From: Candidatus Gottesmanbacteria bacterium
GTDB lineage: Bacteria > Patescibacteriota > Microgenomatia > JACOXO01
Assembly (NCBI GenBank): GCA_016182365.1
Contig: JACOXO010000014.1
Location: 2,294 to 66,293, forward strand
Direction of reading: 5' to 3'
Length of the DNA stretch: 64,000 nt
Shown here in pieces: positions 19,394-27,218 of this stretch (the stretch's first letter is position 1; every line of letters begins with the position of its first letter). The translations under genes were made by a program, and so were the position numbers. A model generated the notes under the pieces. It searched no databases, had not been told where the DNA came from, and was given only the letters and a program-made list of their open reading frames with translations.

Positions 19394-20514
19394 AAACCAA
19401 AATTGCAATTGTAAGAGGAAAATTCTTAAATAAATTCGAGTTGCAATTCTTTGAGCCACTTGTAAGTAAATACCAACTTTTAGGAGTTGGCAGTAAGAGT
19501 GCTTTTGCCCATAAATACAAACTTCCAGTGGTTAAACTAGTATCGCCTGTTGATTTACCAGATTTTCCAGGGAAAATGCCAATTTTAAATAGATTATTTG
19601 TTGACGCCAACTATTTATATGGATTGGAAAAAGCAATAGAAGGCTATGATATTGCTCACTGTGCTGAGAGTTATTATCATTTTACCATTCAGTGTCTTAA
19701 TGCTAAGAAAAAAGGTTTAGTTAAAAAAGTAGTTGTAAGTATATATGAGAATATTCCTTTTGCAGCTGAGGGAATTTGGGGAAGAAAATCATTTAAAAAA
19801 AGAGTTTACAAAGAGTCAGATCATATAATTGCAGTTTCAAACAAAACTAAAAGCGCTCTTATAAAAGAAGGAGTAAGCAGTAAAAAAATTTCAGTTATTA
19901 CACAACATATTAATACCAATATATTTTATCCGGTCTCAAAAAAACGGAACAATATAACTATACTTTTTACTGGAAGACTAGAGATTTACAAAGGTGTGTT
20001 TGATTTTATGAATGCCGCAAATATATTAATAAAAGATAAAAATTTAAAAGATCATAAACTAACATTTATGATGGTAGGGCAGGGAAGTCAGAAGAATAAT
20101 TTAATTAAACTTCAAAAAAAACTTGGAATTGAAAAGTTTTTTTCTATGACTGCTATTCCTTACGAAAATATGCCAGCTGTCTATCAGGATGCTGATATTT
20201 TTATAGCTCCATCTAGAACCACAAAGCACTGGCAAGAACAGTTTTCAACTGTACTTCTAGAAGCTAAAGCTTCAGGTTTGGCAATCATCTCAACAAGAAC
20301 AGGTGGAATTCCGGAAAATGTAGGAACAGCCGGGATTTTGGTCAAAGAAGGGGATTATAGAGAAATTGCGAGAAATGCCAAAAAATTAATATTAGATAGC
20401 GACTATAGGGTTAAATTAGGTAAAATGGCGCGTAATAATGCAATTAGTAGATTTACAATTAACAAAGGCGCACAAAAGTTAGATAATATTTATGAAGCGG
20501 TTTTAGTGAGTTAA
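19390..20514 (+). CDS. Glycosyltransferase family 1 (GT4-like)
   Basis: GT-B C-terminal motif EAKASGLAIISTRTGGIPE; 374 aa. Confidence 0.8.
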   Translation: MKTKIAIVRGKFLNKFELQFFEPLVSKYQLLGVGSKSAFAHKYKLPVVKLVSPVDLPDFPGKMPILNRLFVDANYLYGLEKAIEGYDIAHCAESYYHFTIQCLNAKKKGLVKKVVVSIYENIPFAAEGIWGRKSFKKRVYKESDHIIAVSNKTKSALIKEGVSSKKISVITQHINTNIFYPVSKKRNNITILFTGRLEIYKGVFDFMNAANILIKDKNLKDHKLTFMMVGQGSQKNNLIKLQKKLGIEKFFSMTAIPYENMPAVYQDADIFIAPSRTTKHWQEQFSTVLLEAKASGLAIISTRTGGIPENVGTAGILVKEGDYREIARNAKKLILDSDYRVKLGKMARNNAISRFTINKGAQKLDNIYEAVLVS

Positions 20515-21696
20515 CAAATAAATAATGATAAAAATTATATTAACAGTTGCGGAAACGAAGATTACCTGATGAGGATTTAAATTAATATATTTTTTCCACT
20601 TTTCTCTTTTAAAAATTTCTGCAAAGCCGAAACTTATCATAGGCAGGCAACTTATTAGCATTCTAATTCCAAATGATCCACCTTGGTCCCAGCTACTCCA
20701 GGATGAAATAAAATAAAACATTATAAGAATTGTGACAATAAATATTTTGATAAATTTCTCTTTAACTTTAAAAAGTCCTAAAAATCCCAAAAAAACAAAA
20801 GGTGTCCATAAAAGAAGACCGGTATTTTGGTTCAGAAGCAGTCGTGAGAGCTGAGGATTAAAAAAGGAAAAACCTTCATTTCCGTCCAGATAAGGACTCA
20901 AGAATGTGCCGTAAATAGTTAACCAAAAAATGATTTGTATTGTAAAAATGGATACAAATCCAGTGGTAAATAAAATACCTTTTCTCATCCTGTCATTTTC
21001 TTGCATAAAGAAATAAACAGCAGGAATAATCAGTAACCCATCTATCGTTCTGGAAATTGCTATCCATCCCAAGGAAATCCCGGCAAATAACCATTTAATT
21101 AGGTTTTGCTTTTGAGTCAAAAGAATGAAAAATAAAACACTTGCAAAAAAAAATGATGCAGCGTGTGAATTCACAGGATCAAATGATGTGTAAAAAAATA
21201 GATTTGTTGCAAAGAGCGTAAATAACGTTGCTGATCGGGCGACTTTACTTGAGTAGTATTTAGCTAAGGTGCAATAGAGAAAATACAAACCTGCAAATAC
21301 CACAACAATATTTATAATTCCTGAAAATATCTGGTAAATTTGTAATTCACCAAGTTGATTGCATGTAAAAGTAGTTTCTAATGCGCAGTGAAAAACCCCA
21401 GTTACAAACAAGAAAGGGAGCAATATTAGTGCAGGCCCTGGAGGGTATTTGTTTACCAAAAGTCCTGTATTTGAAGTCCATTCATTAATTGAAAATAACT
21501 CAAATTCGTTTTCAAAGTTAAAATCCTGATCAAATGCTAAGGATTTAGCAATCGAGTAATAGTATCTTCCATCTCCCCATACAACCGATCCCACAATTTT
21601 GATATGAACAAGGAAAATTATTAAACAGATTATAAAAGAAATTAGAAAAATCCTTTTATCCATGCTGTAATTGTATCGTTTTGGTACAATGGCCAC
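20503..21696 (-). CDS. Polytopic membrane protein, possibly GT-C mannosyl/glucosyltransferase-like
   Basis: About 11 TM helices, N-terminal loop YPPGPALILLPF; only minus-strand gene inside the glycan cluster; function inferred from context. Confidence 0.4.
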   Translation of the reverse strand: MAIVPKRYNYSMDKRIFLISFIICLIIFLVHIKIVGSVVWGDGRYYYSIAKSLAFDQDFNFENEFELFSINEWTSNTGLLVNKYPPGPALILLPFLFVTGVFHCALETTFTCNQLGELQIYQIFSGIINIVVVFAGLYFLYCTLAKYYSSKVARSATLFTLFATNLFFYTSFDPVNSHAASFFFASVLFFILLTQKQNLIKWLFAGISLGWIAISRTIDGLLIIPAVYFFMQENDRMRKGILFTTGFVSIFTIQIIFWLTIYGTFLSPYLDGNEGFSFFNPQLSRLLLNQNTGLLLWTPFVFLGFLGLFKVKEKFIKIFIVTILIMFYFISSWSSWDQGGSFGIRMLISCLPMISFGFAEIFKREKWKKYINLNPHQVIFVSATVNIIFIIIYLLTH

Positions 21697-22439
21697 AAAT
21701 GATTTCAGCAGTTGTTATTACAAAAAACGAACAGGAAATAATTAGCAGGTGTTTAAGTAAACTTAAATTTTGCAATGAAATAATAATTGTTGATGATTTT
21801 TCAACTGATAATACATTAAAAATTGCCAAAAAGTATACATCAAAAATATTCAAACATCATCTTTCTGACAATTTTTCTGACCAGAGAAATTTTGGACTTA
21901 GGAAAGCTAAAAACAACTGGGTTCTATTTGTTGACAGTGATGAAATAATTACATTCTCTTTAGCTAAAGAAATTACTAGTAAAATAAACAATTCTTCAAA
22001 TGATGCATATTATATTAAAAGAATAGATTACTTTTTTGGGAAAAGAATGAACTGGGGAGAATTTTTGAACAAAAAGTTTATAAGACTGATTAAAAAAAAT
22101 AAGGGGAAGTGGGTACGTCCAGTACATGAATACTGGTTTACAAAGGGAAAAGTGGGAATTCTTAATAATCACATAAAGCATTATTCCCATTCATCAATTA
22201 GTGTGCTTATTAATAAAATAAACTATTACTCGGGTATCAATGCAAATTATCTTTATTATCAGAAAGAGCGAGGAAGTATGTTTGAAGTATTTTTTTACCC
22301 GAGTATAAAATTTATTCATAATTATATACTCAAACTTGGATTTTTAGATGGTTTTTACGGTCTAATATTTTCCATGTTTATGTCTTTACACTCGTTTCTA
22401 TCCCGATTAAAACTTTATTTTCTTTGGTATGGTCGCTAG
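21681..22439 (+). CDS. Glycosyltransferase family 2
   Basis: ISAVVITKNEQEII...VDDFSTD N-terminus, DSDE motif; 252 aa. Confidence 0.8.
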   Translation: MVQWPQMISAVVITKNEQEIISRCLSKLKFCNEIIIVDDFSTDNTLKIAKKYTSKIFKHHLSDNFSDQRNFGLRKAKNNWVLFVDSDEIITFSLAKEITSKINNSSNDAYYIKRIDYFFGKRMNWGEFLNKKFIRLIKKNKGKWVRPVHEYWFTKGKVGILNNHIKHYSHSSISVLINKINYYSGINANYLYYQKERGSMFEVFFYPSIKFIHNYILKLGFLDGFYGLIFSMFMSLHSFLSRLKLYFLWYGR

Positions 22440-23535
22440 ATTTTTATTCTACTCGATATTTGCCGTATACCCTTTGGGTTTAATAGTTTATTTTCCAATA
22501 GCTAGCCAGGGTAAAATACCGTTTTTAGATATTATTACTTGTTTATTTATAATTTCAACTTTATTTGTAAGAAATCCGGTCAAAAAAATATTTCTTAAAA
22601 AACAAATTCTTATTTTTTTATTTGTTTCTCTACTAGCTATTGCAATAAATATGATTTTAAAAAATCACTATTCAATATCAGATCTATTTTATTTTATCAG
22701 AATATCATTTTATTTTTTGTTTTACATCAGAATATTTTTTGTGTTTAATAAGTCAAACGCATTCAGGATTAATTGGATACTTTTAATATCAGGATTTGTA
22801 TTTTCTGCCTTCGGGCTTTTACAATATCTTTTATACCCGGACCTTAGAAATTTAATGTATTTAGGATGGGATCCTCACTACTTTAGGTTATTTTCAACAG
22901 TTTTTGATCCTAATTTTGCAGGAATAATCATTGTCTTAACTTTTTTCCAACTAATATTCATAATGTGGTTAGATAAAAAGAGTGTCTATCGTTTTCTCTA
23001 TCCACTGCTGATTATAATTCTTCTAGTTGCGATATACTTAACTCGGTCAAGAAGCGCTTATTTATCATTTATCTCGGGTATGATAGTTTTAATATTTTTC
23101 AAAAAATATATAAACAAAATGCTTATTGGAGTTACAGCAATCGTTATTTTGCTATCAAGTTTTATTCCTAAACCAGCATTTAATGTATTAGATACTTTTA
23201 GGGTTTCCTCATCTATAAGCAGAGTCAATAATTGGTTGATTGCTTTAAAACTTGGGTTTGCAAATATTTTAACCGGAGTTGGTTATTCTGAGGCTAGTTT
23301 TTCAGATTCTTCGTTATTGTATATCTTCGGCGCAACTGGAATTTTGTCTTTAGCAGCTCTTTTTAATGTTCTATTTAAAATATTTCGATTTTCCCTAAAG
23401 AAAGACAAAGAATTATTTGTTATCACTGTTGTAGTTATTGTGAGTAGTTTTTTCAACAATACGCTTTTCTATCCCTTCGTAGCAGTATGGTTTTTTGCTT
23501 TTTTGGCGTCTTCTGTTATCCGTTATTCCTCATAA
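22429..23535 (+). CDS. O-antigen ligase / polymerase-like (Wzy/WaaL family) membrane protein
   Basis: About 10-12 TM helices with a large periplasmic loop near the C-terminal third, in a GT cluster; assignment by topology and context only. Confidence 0.45.
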   Translation: MVARFLFYSIFAVYPLGLIVYFPIASQGKIPFLDIITCLFIISTLFVRNPVKKIFLKKQILIFLFVSLLAIAINMILKNHYSISDLFYFIRISFYFLFYIRIFFVFNKSNAFRINWILLISGFVFSAFGLLQYLLYPDLRNLMYLGWDPHYFRLFSTVFDPNFAGIIIVLTFFQLIFIMWLDKKSVYRFLYPLLIIILLVAIYLTRSRSAYLSFISGMIVLIFFKKYINKMLIGVTAIVILLSSFIPKPAFNVLDTFRVSSSISRVNNWLIALKLGFANILTGVGYSEASFSDSSLLYIFGATGILSLAALFNVLFKIFRFSLKKDKELFVITVVVIVSSFFNNTLFYPFVAVWFFAFLASSVIRYSS

Positions 23536-24230
23536 ATGATTTTTAATTCTTTTTGGCTGGTATTGCCGGCTATATCTATTGCTTTGATAATAATATTATT
23601 TTCGCCGGTTGATAAGGTAAAGTTAATATTAAAGTTGCCGTTTGGGTCTGTATATACAAATCTGTCATTTACGGTAATATCTGTATTTTTATCTGTTTTT
23701 CCTTCGATTGTAAGCTGCTTGTCTCGTGTTGTTGTGTTAGTTTGCGGTTTTGTAATTTCCAACTGTGGTGGAACATTTAAATAAGATACTGTAAAAGTAC
23801 TTGAGGGTTGACTTTGTAAGTTGTTGATTTTAGATATGGTGTAAATTTCATTATCTCCTGATTGAAGGCGGGCCTTATTAAAAATAAATGTTCCTTCTTT
23901 GCCAACTAACACTTCGTCCTGCTTTGAGCCATTAACATATAAAAGTACAGATGAACCTGATGTAGAAGAACCTGTAATAGAAATAGTTGCGGTATTTGTT
24001 GCAGTAACTGGAGGATCGAGAATTGGTTCTAATACAATTGTCTCATCATTAGCGATATTAACATTGTCCTTTTTAAATCCGCCAATAAAGCTTCCAATTG
24101 ATGATAGCGCAGGTATACCACCAACTATAAAAAGTATAAGAAGAACAATAATTGCAATGATAGTTATTGCAGTAAACTGCATATTTTTTTTATCCTGTGA
24201 ATAGCGTCTTCGTAGTGGATTATGTCTCAT
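23523..24230 (-). CDS. Membrane-anchored protein with Ser/Thr-rich linker and Ig-like beta-sandwich domains
   Basis: N-terminal TM (FTAITIIAIIVLLILFIVGG), low-complexity ITGSSTSGSS, beta-rich remainder; no catalytic motif recognised. Confidence 0.45.
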   Translation of the reverse strand: MRHNPLRRRYSQDKKNMQFTAITIIAIIVLLILFIVGGIPALSSIGSFIGGFKKDNVNIANDETIVLEPILDPPVTATNTATISITGSSTSGSSVLLYVNGSKQDEVLVGKEGTFIFNKARLQSGDNEIYTISKINNLQSQPSSTFTVSYLNVPPQLEITKPQTNTTTRDKQLTIEGKTDKNTDITVNDRFVYTDPNGNFNINFTLSTGENNIIIKAIDIAGNTSQKELKIIYEE

Positions 24231-24327
24231 AATGTTTTTTTATTATATACCTTTGAGCCTAAGGTCCCGCAGTATGCGGGACAACCTACGCTTTACGAAA
24301 GCGCCGCCCCGCCTGCCAAAGCCTTTG

Positions 24328-24399
24328 AGCCAACGGTGAGAGTCGAACTCACGACCTGCTGTTTACGAAACAGCTGCTCTACCACTAAGCTACGTTGGC
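24328..24399 (-). tRNA. tRNA-Thr (anticodon CGT), CCA not encoded
   Basis: Reverse complement folds: acceptor GCCAACG/CGTTGGC, D-arm GCTT-AGTGGTA-GAGC, anticodon arm GCTGT-TTCGTAA-ACAGC, T-arm GTGAG-TTCGACT-CTCAC, discriminator T. Confidence 0.85.
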
Positions 24400-24432
24400 A
24401 AATGGCGGGCAGGTCTACCAACTGAGCTAAGA
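24400..24432 (-). other. tRNA 5'-fragment-like sequence (GCCGTCTTAGCTCAGTTGGTAGA...) abutting tRNA-Thr
   Basis: Reverse complement reads like a canonical tRNA acceptor plus D-arm but then diverges and cannot complete a cloverleaf; possible remnant. Confidence 0.3.
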
Positions 24433-24463
24433 CGGCTTAAATCTAGGGATTTTTTTACCATTT

Positions 24464-24871
24464 TTAACTTTCATATTCCCAAGGAAATTTTACCACTTCA
24501 TTGATTTTTCTTAAATAATAGTCAGGTTTTATTTCAGATTTATTGGTAATATATAGACAAGCTGTTTTTACTATTGCGCCTTCATTTTCTAGGTATTGTT
24601 TTGCAGTAATTAAACTTCTACCAGTTTCTAGTATATCCTCAACAAGCAATACTTTTTTGTTATTGATATCTTCATTAATTATTGACGTAATTCTTCTATT
24701 ATTGCCAATTTTTTTCACAGTCAAACAATACATATCACCAACTTTAAGTAAACTGGATAAAATCCGCGCAGGTACAATACCACCTCTAACTATTCCTACA
24801 AGAATATCAGGCGAATAGTCAATCTTCTTGCTTAAATCTATAATTTCCTTCTGAAACCCCACCCAATTCAT
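24464..24871 (-). CDS. Type I phosphoribosyltransferase-domain protein (purine PRTase-like)
   Basis: PRPP-binding motif VLLVEDILETGRSL; 135 aa. Confidence 0.7.
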   Translation of the reverse strand: MNWVGFQKEIIDLSKKIDYSPDILVGIVRGGIVPARILSSLLKVGDMYCLTVKKIGNNRRITSIINEDINNKKVLLVEDILETGRSLITAKQYLENEGAIVKTACLYITNKSEIKPDYYLRKINEVVKFPWEYES

Positions 24872-25656
24872 AATTTCTGTTTCTTAAATATAACTAGATG
24901 CCACAAAGTAACATTTTCCATTTTTTTAAATCTTGGATACTGTTCCATCCACTCTATAGTTGGAATCATAGATTTATTTTCAACCAATTTTAAATCATAT
25001 TTTTCTCCAGCCGTTTGATAAATTGATACTTTTCTAACCAAATCTGCCAGTGTTCCGAAATCCGGCCTTGTTACCATGCAGGCAAATTCTTTTGAAGATA
25101 TTTTTTCAAATTTAATATTGTAACCATGGCGTTTACGATTAAAATAATCATAGTCGGGAATTATTGTTTGAAGTTTTCCGGTATTTTTTAAAAGCGATGA
25201 CAGTTTTTTAAATGCAAAGTCAATATTCAATACATGGTTTAAGGACATTATCGCGGTTATATAATCAAATTTCTTTTTTGAAACAAAGGATTCCAACATC
25301 GTCTTTTCCATTTTGATTTTTGGGAAATATTTTTTTGCTATTTCAATATTTCTTTTTGCCGGCTCTAAACCAATTGCTGATTTTACACCTAATTTATAAG
25401 CTTCATTTAACATCCACCCAGTTCCGGCACCAACATCTAGAAGATCTTTATTTTTCCATTCAGATGTGTATGGCAATAAATATTCCCAAAATACTCTAGT
25501 TAGAGGGGAATCTAATCCTACGCCATGGTAAGGCCAGCCTGTATCCGGTAAATCATACTGGTGAGGATTAATAGCTCTATTTAATACATTGCCCATATAG
25601 TTAGTGAGCGGGCGATGGGAATTGGACCCACTGTCTTCTCCTTGGGAAGGAGACAT
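24868..25656 (-). CDS. Class I SAM-dependent methyltransferase
   Basis: Motif I LLDVGAGTGWM; 262 aa; substrate unknown. Confidence 0.7.
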   Translation of the reverse strand: MSPSQGEDSGSNSHRPLTNYMGNVLNRAINPHQYDLPDTGWPYHGVGLDSPLTRVFWEYLLPYTSEWKNKDLLDVGAGTGWMLNEAYKLGVKSAIGLEPAKRNIEIAKKYFPKIKMEKTMLESFVSKKKFDYITAIMSLNHVLNIDFAFKKLSSLLKNTGKLQTIIPDYDYFNRKRHGYNIKFEKISSKEFACMVTRPDFGTLADLVRKVSIYQTAGEKYDLKLVENKSMIPTIEWMEQYPRFKKMENVTLWHLVIFKKQKL

Positions 25657-25668
25657 TTTACCGGTAAA

Positions 25669-25941
25669 CTACGCCCGCTTAGTTAAATAATTTAATAATC
25701 TTCGTTTAATATAACCTCTTCCAAATCCAGTTTTCAATTGTTTCTCTCTTACCAGTGCGTCCTTTTTATTAAGACAAGCTTCATAATAAACTAGCTTTAT
25801 TTTATCAAAACTTTTTGTAGTTTCGTTACTCTTTGTTAAATGTCCATCAACTCTATTCTTAAGGTTTTCAGATGAACCAATATAAAATTTATTTCTACCT
25901 CGTTTAGTATCAATACATTGAAGTACGTATGTATAAAACAT
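25669..25941 (-). CDS. Stand-alone GIY-YIG nuclease-domain protein (90 aa)
   Basis: YVL...FYIGSSENLKNRVDGH...KLVYYE...REKQLK motifs of the GIY-YIG fold; intact paralog of the pseudogene at 8217-8479. Confidence 0.8.
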   Translation of the reverse strand: MFYTYVLQCIDTKRGRNKFYIGSSENLKNRVDGHLTKSNETTKSFDKIKLVYYEACLNKKDALVREKQLKTGFGRGYIKRRLLNYLTKRA

Positions 25942-25953
25942 ATTTTATCCTTG

Positions 25954-26009
25954 CCCGACCAAAGCTTCGCATTGTGTCGGGTCCGCCAAATTGCGTTGCT
26001 TTTGGCGGA
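25954..26009. repeat. Two GC-rich hairpins (CCCGAC-N16-GTCGGG; TCCGCCAAA-N10-TTTGGCGGA) in the 5' leader of the GIY-YIG gene
   Basis: Inverted repeats read directly; first shares the CCCGAC/GTCGGG arms of the repeat family. Confidence 0.5.
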
Positions 26010-26111
26010 GGAAGGAAGCATTCTACCGTTGAATTACCACCGCTTCTGGGCTAATTTTATCAGAAATACATAAATTTTGTATGTATGTTATGATCAAAAT
26101 ATAATCTAACT

Positions 26112-26372
26112 ATGTCTATTGTAGCTCCAACCGCACCAATTTTGACTACGCAAGATAAGATTCTAAGCCTTTTAGTTTTTATTATTATATTAATTCTGGG
26201 TTGGGCATCAATAGAAGTATTTGTTGGTATGCTTCAATTACTTTTCGCTCCAAAACAATCAACAGTCAAAATAAATGCACCAAAACGTATAAAAATAGGA
26301 TGTCTTACGCTTTTTATAGCTGTATTAATATTCTTTTTGCTTGGATCTCTTATTCGCGCTATGGGAGGATGA
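26112..26372 (+). CDS. Small hypothetical membrane protein (2 TM)
   Basis: 86 aa, two hydrophobic helices; no homolog recognised; could be non-coding. Confidence 0.35.
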   Translation: MSIVAPTAPILTTQDKILSLLVFIIILILGWASIEVFVGMLQLLFAPKQSTVKINAPKRIKIGCLTLFIAVLIFFLLGSLIRAMGG

Positions 26373-26961
26373 GAACATTGCCGGCGTGAATTATATCAGG
26401 GTTGGCGAGATTATTAGCTCTTGCAATCTCAACCCATTTGTAGCCATCATTATAATGCGCTACAGCTATTTTCCATAGGCTATCTCCATGAACAACTGTA
26501 TAGTTAGAACTTGAAATCTCTTCACCTTTTATTTGCGGCGTATCGATTTGCTGTGATGCGGTTGGTTCTTCAACTAAAGTAGGTTCCGGACTAGGAGAAA
26601 CCGCATTTTGTGCAACTAATATCGGCGTTACATTAGGAATAATTAATTGTTGCCCAACTTCTAAGGATTCCTGACCTGACAAATTATTAGATTCAGCTAT
26701 ATCTTTCCAGTTATAACCGCTCTGGAAATATTTTTCAGATACCGACCATAATGTTTCTCCTTCAATAACAGTATGAGTTATTGGAAAATCAACTTGACCG
26801 ATTTCTTCTGTCTGTTGTCCTTCCTCAGTAATTTCTGGTTCGCTTTTAGAAGAAAAATAATTAAACAAAAGAACGCCGACGATTAAAACTACTAAAAGTC
26901 CAAGACCCATAGATATATATGAATCGGATAGATCTAATTCTTTCATTAAACGTTTCCACAT
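26359..26961 (-). CDS. Membrane-anchored protein with two LysM peptidoglycan-binding domains
   Basis: N-terminal TM; two LysM repeats (HTVIEGETLWSVSEKY...GQQLIIP and YTVVHGDSLWKIAVAHY...GNVLILP). Confidence 0.8.
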   Translation of the reverse strand: MWKRLMKELDLSDSYISMGLGLLVVLIVGVLLFNYFSSKSEPEITEEGQQTEEIGQVDFPITHTVIEGETLWSVSEKYFQSGYNWKDIAESNNLSGQESLEVGQQLIIPNVTPILVAQNAVSPSPEPTLVEEPTASQQIDTPQIKGEEISSSNYTVVHGDSLWKIAVAHYNDGYKWVEIARANNLANPDIIHAGNVLILP

Positions 26962-27058
26962 AGTTAATTACCTTTCAAATATTAATATTTTTACGAATAA
27001 TAAAATTTTCTCTAGGATTGTAAGAAATGATTTCAAAAAATGCAAGGGGGCAAATATA

Positions 27059-27135
27059 TGGCGGGATCGACGGGATTCGAACCCGCGGCCTTTTCCTTGA
27101 CAGGGAAACGCTCTAACCAGTTGAGCTACGACCCC
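27059..27135 (-). tRNA. tRNA-Asp (anticodon GTC), CCA encoded
   Basis: Reverse complement: acceptor GGGGTCG/CGATCCC, D-arm GCTC-AACTGGTTA-GAGC, anticodon arm TTTCC-CTGTCAA-GGAAA, T-arm GCGGG-TTCGAAT-CCCGT, discriminator G then CCA. Confidence 0.85.
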
Positions 27136-27218
27136 TTGAATTTATTGTTAAATTTATATTCGGATAATAACAGATTGTTGTAATGAGGTCAACGAATCTG
27201 GTAGTATTAGCGTGTATG

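Noticed and set aside
24222-24425. 67-aa plus-strand ORF (MSHNVFLLYTFEPK...)
   Set aside because: Overlaps the tRNA-Thr gene, the GC-rich insert and the tRNA fragment on the opposite strand; the amino-acid sequence is low complexity; spurious.
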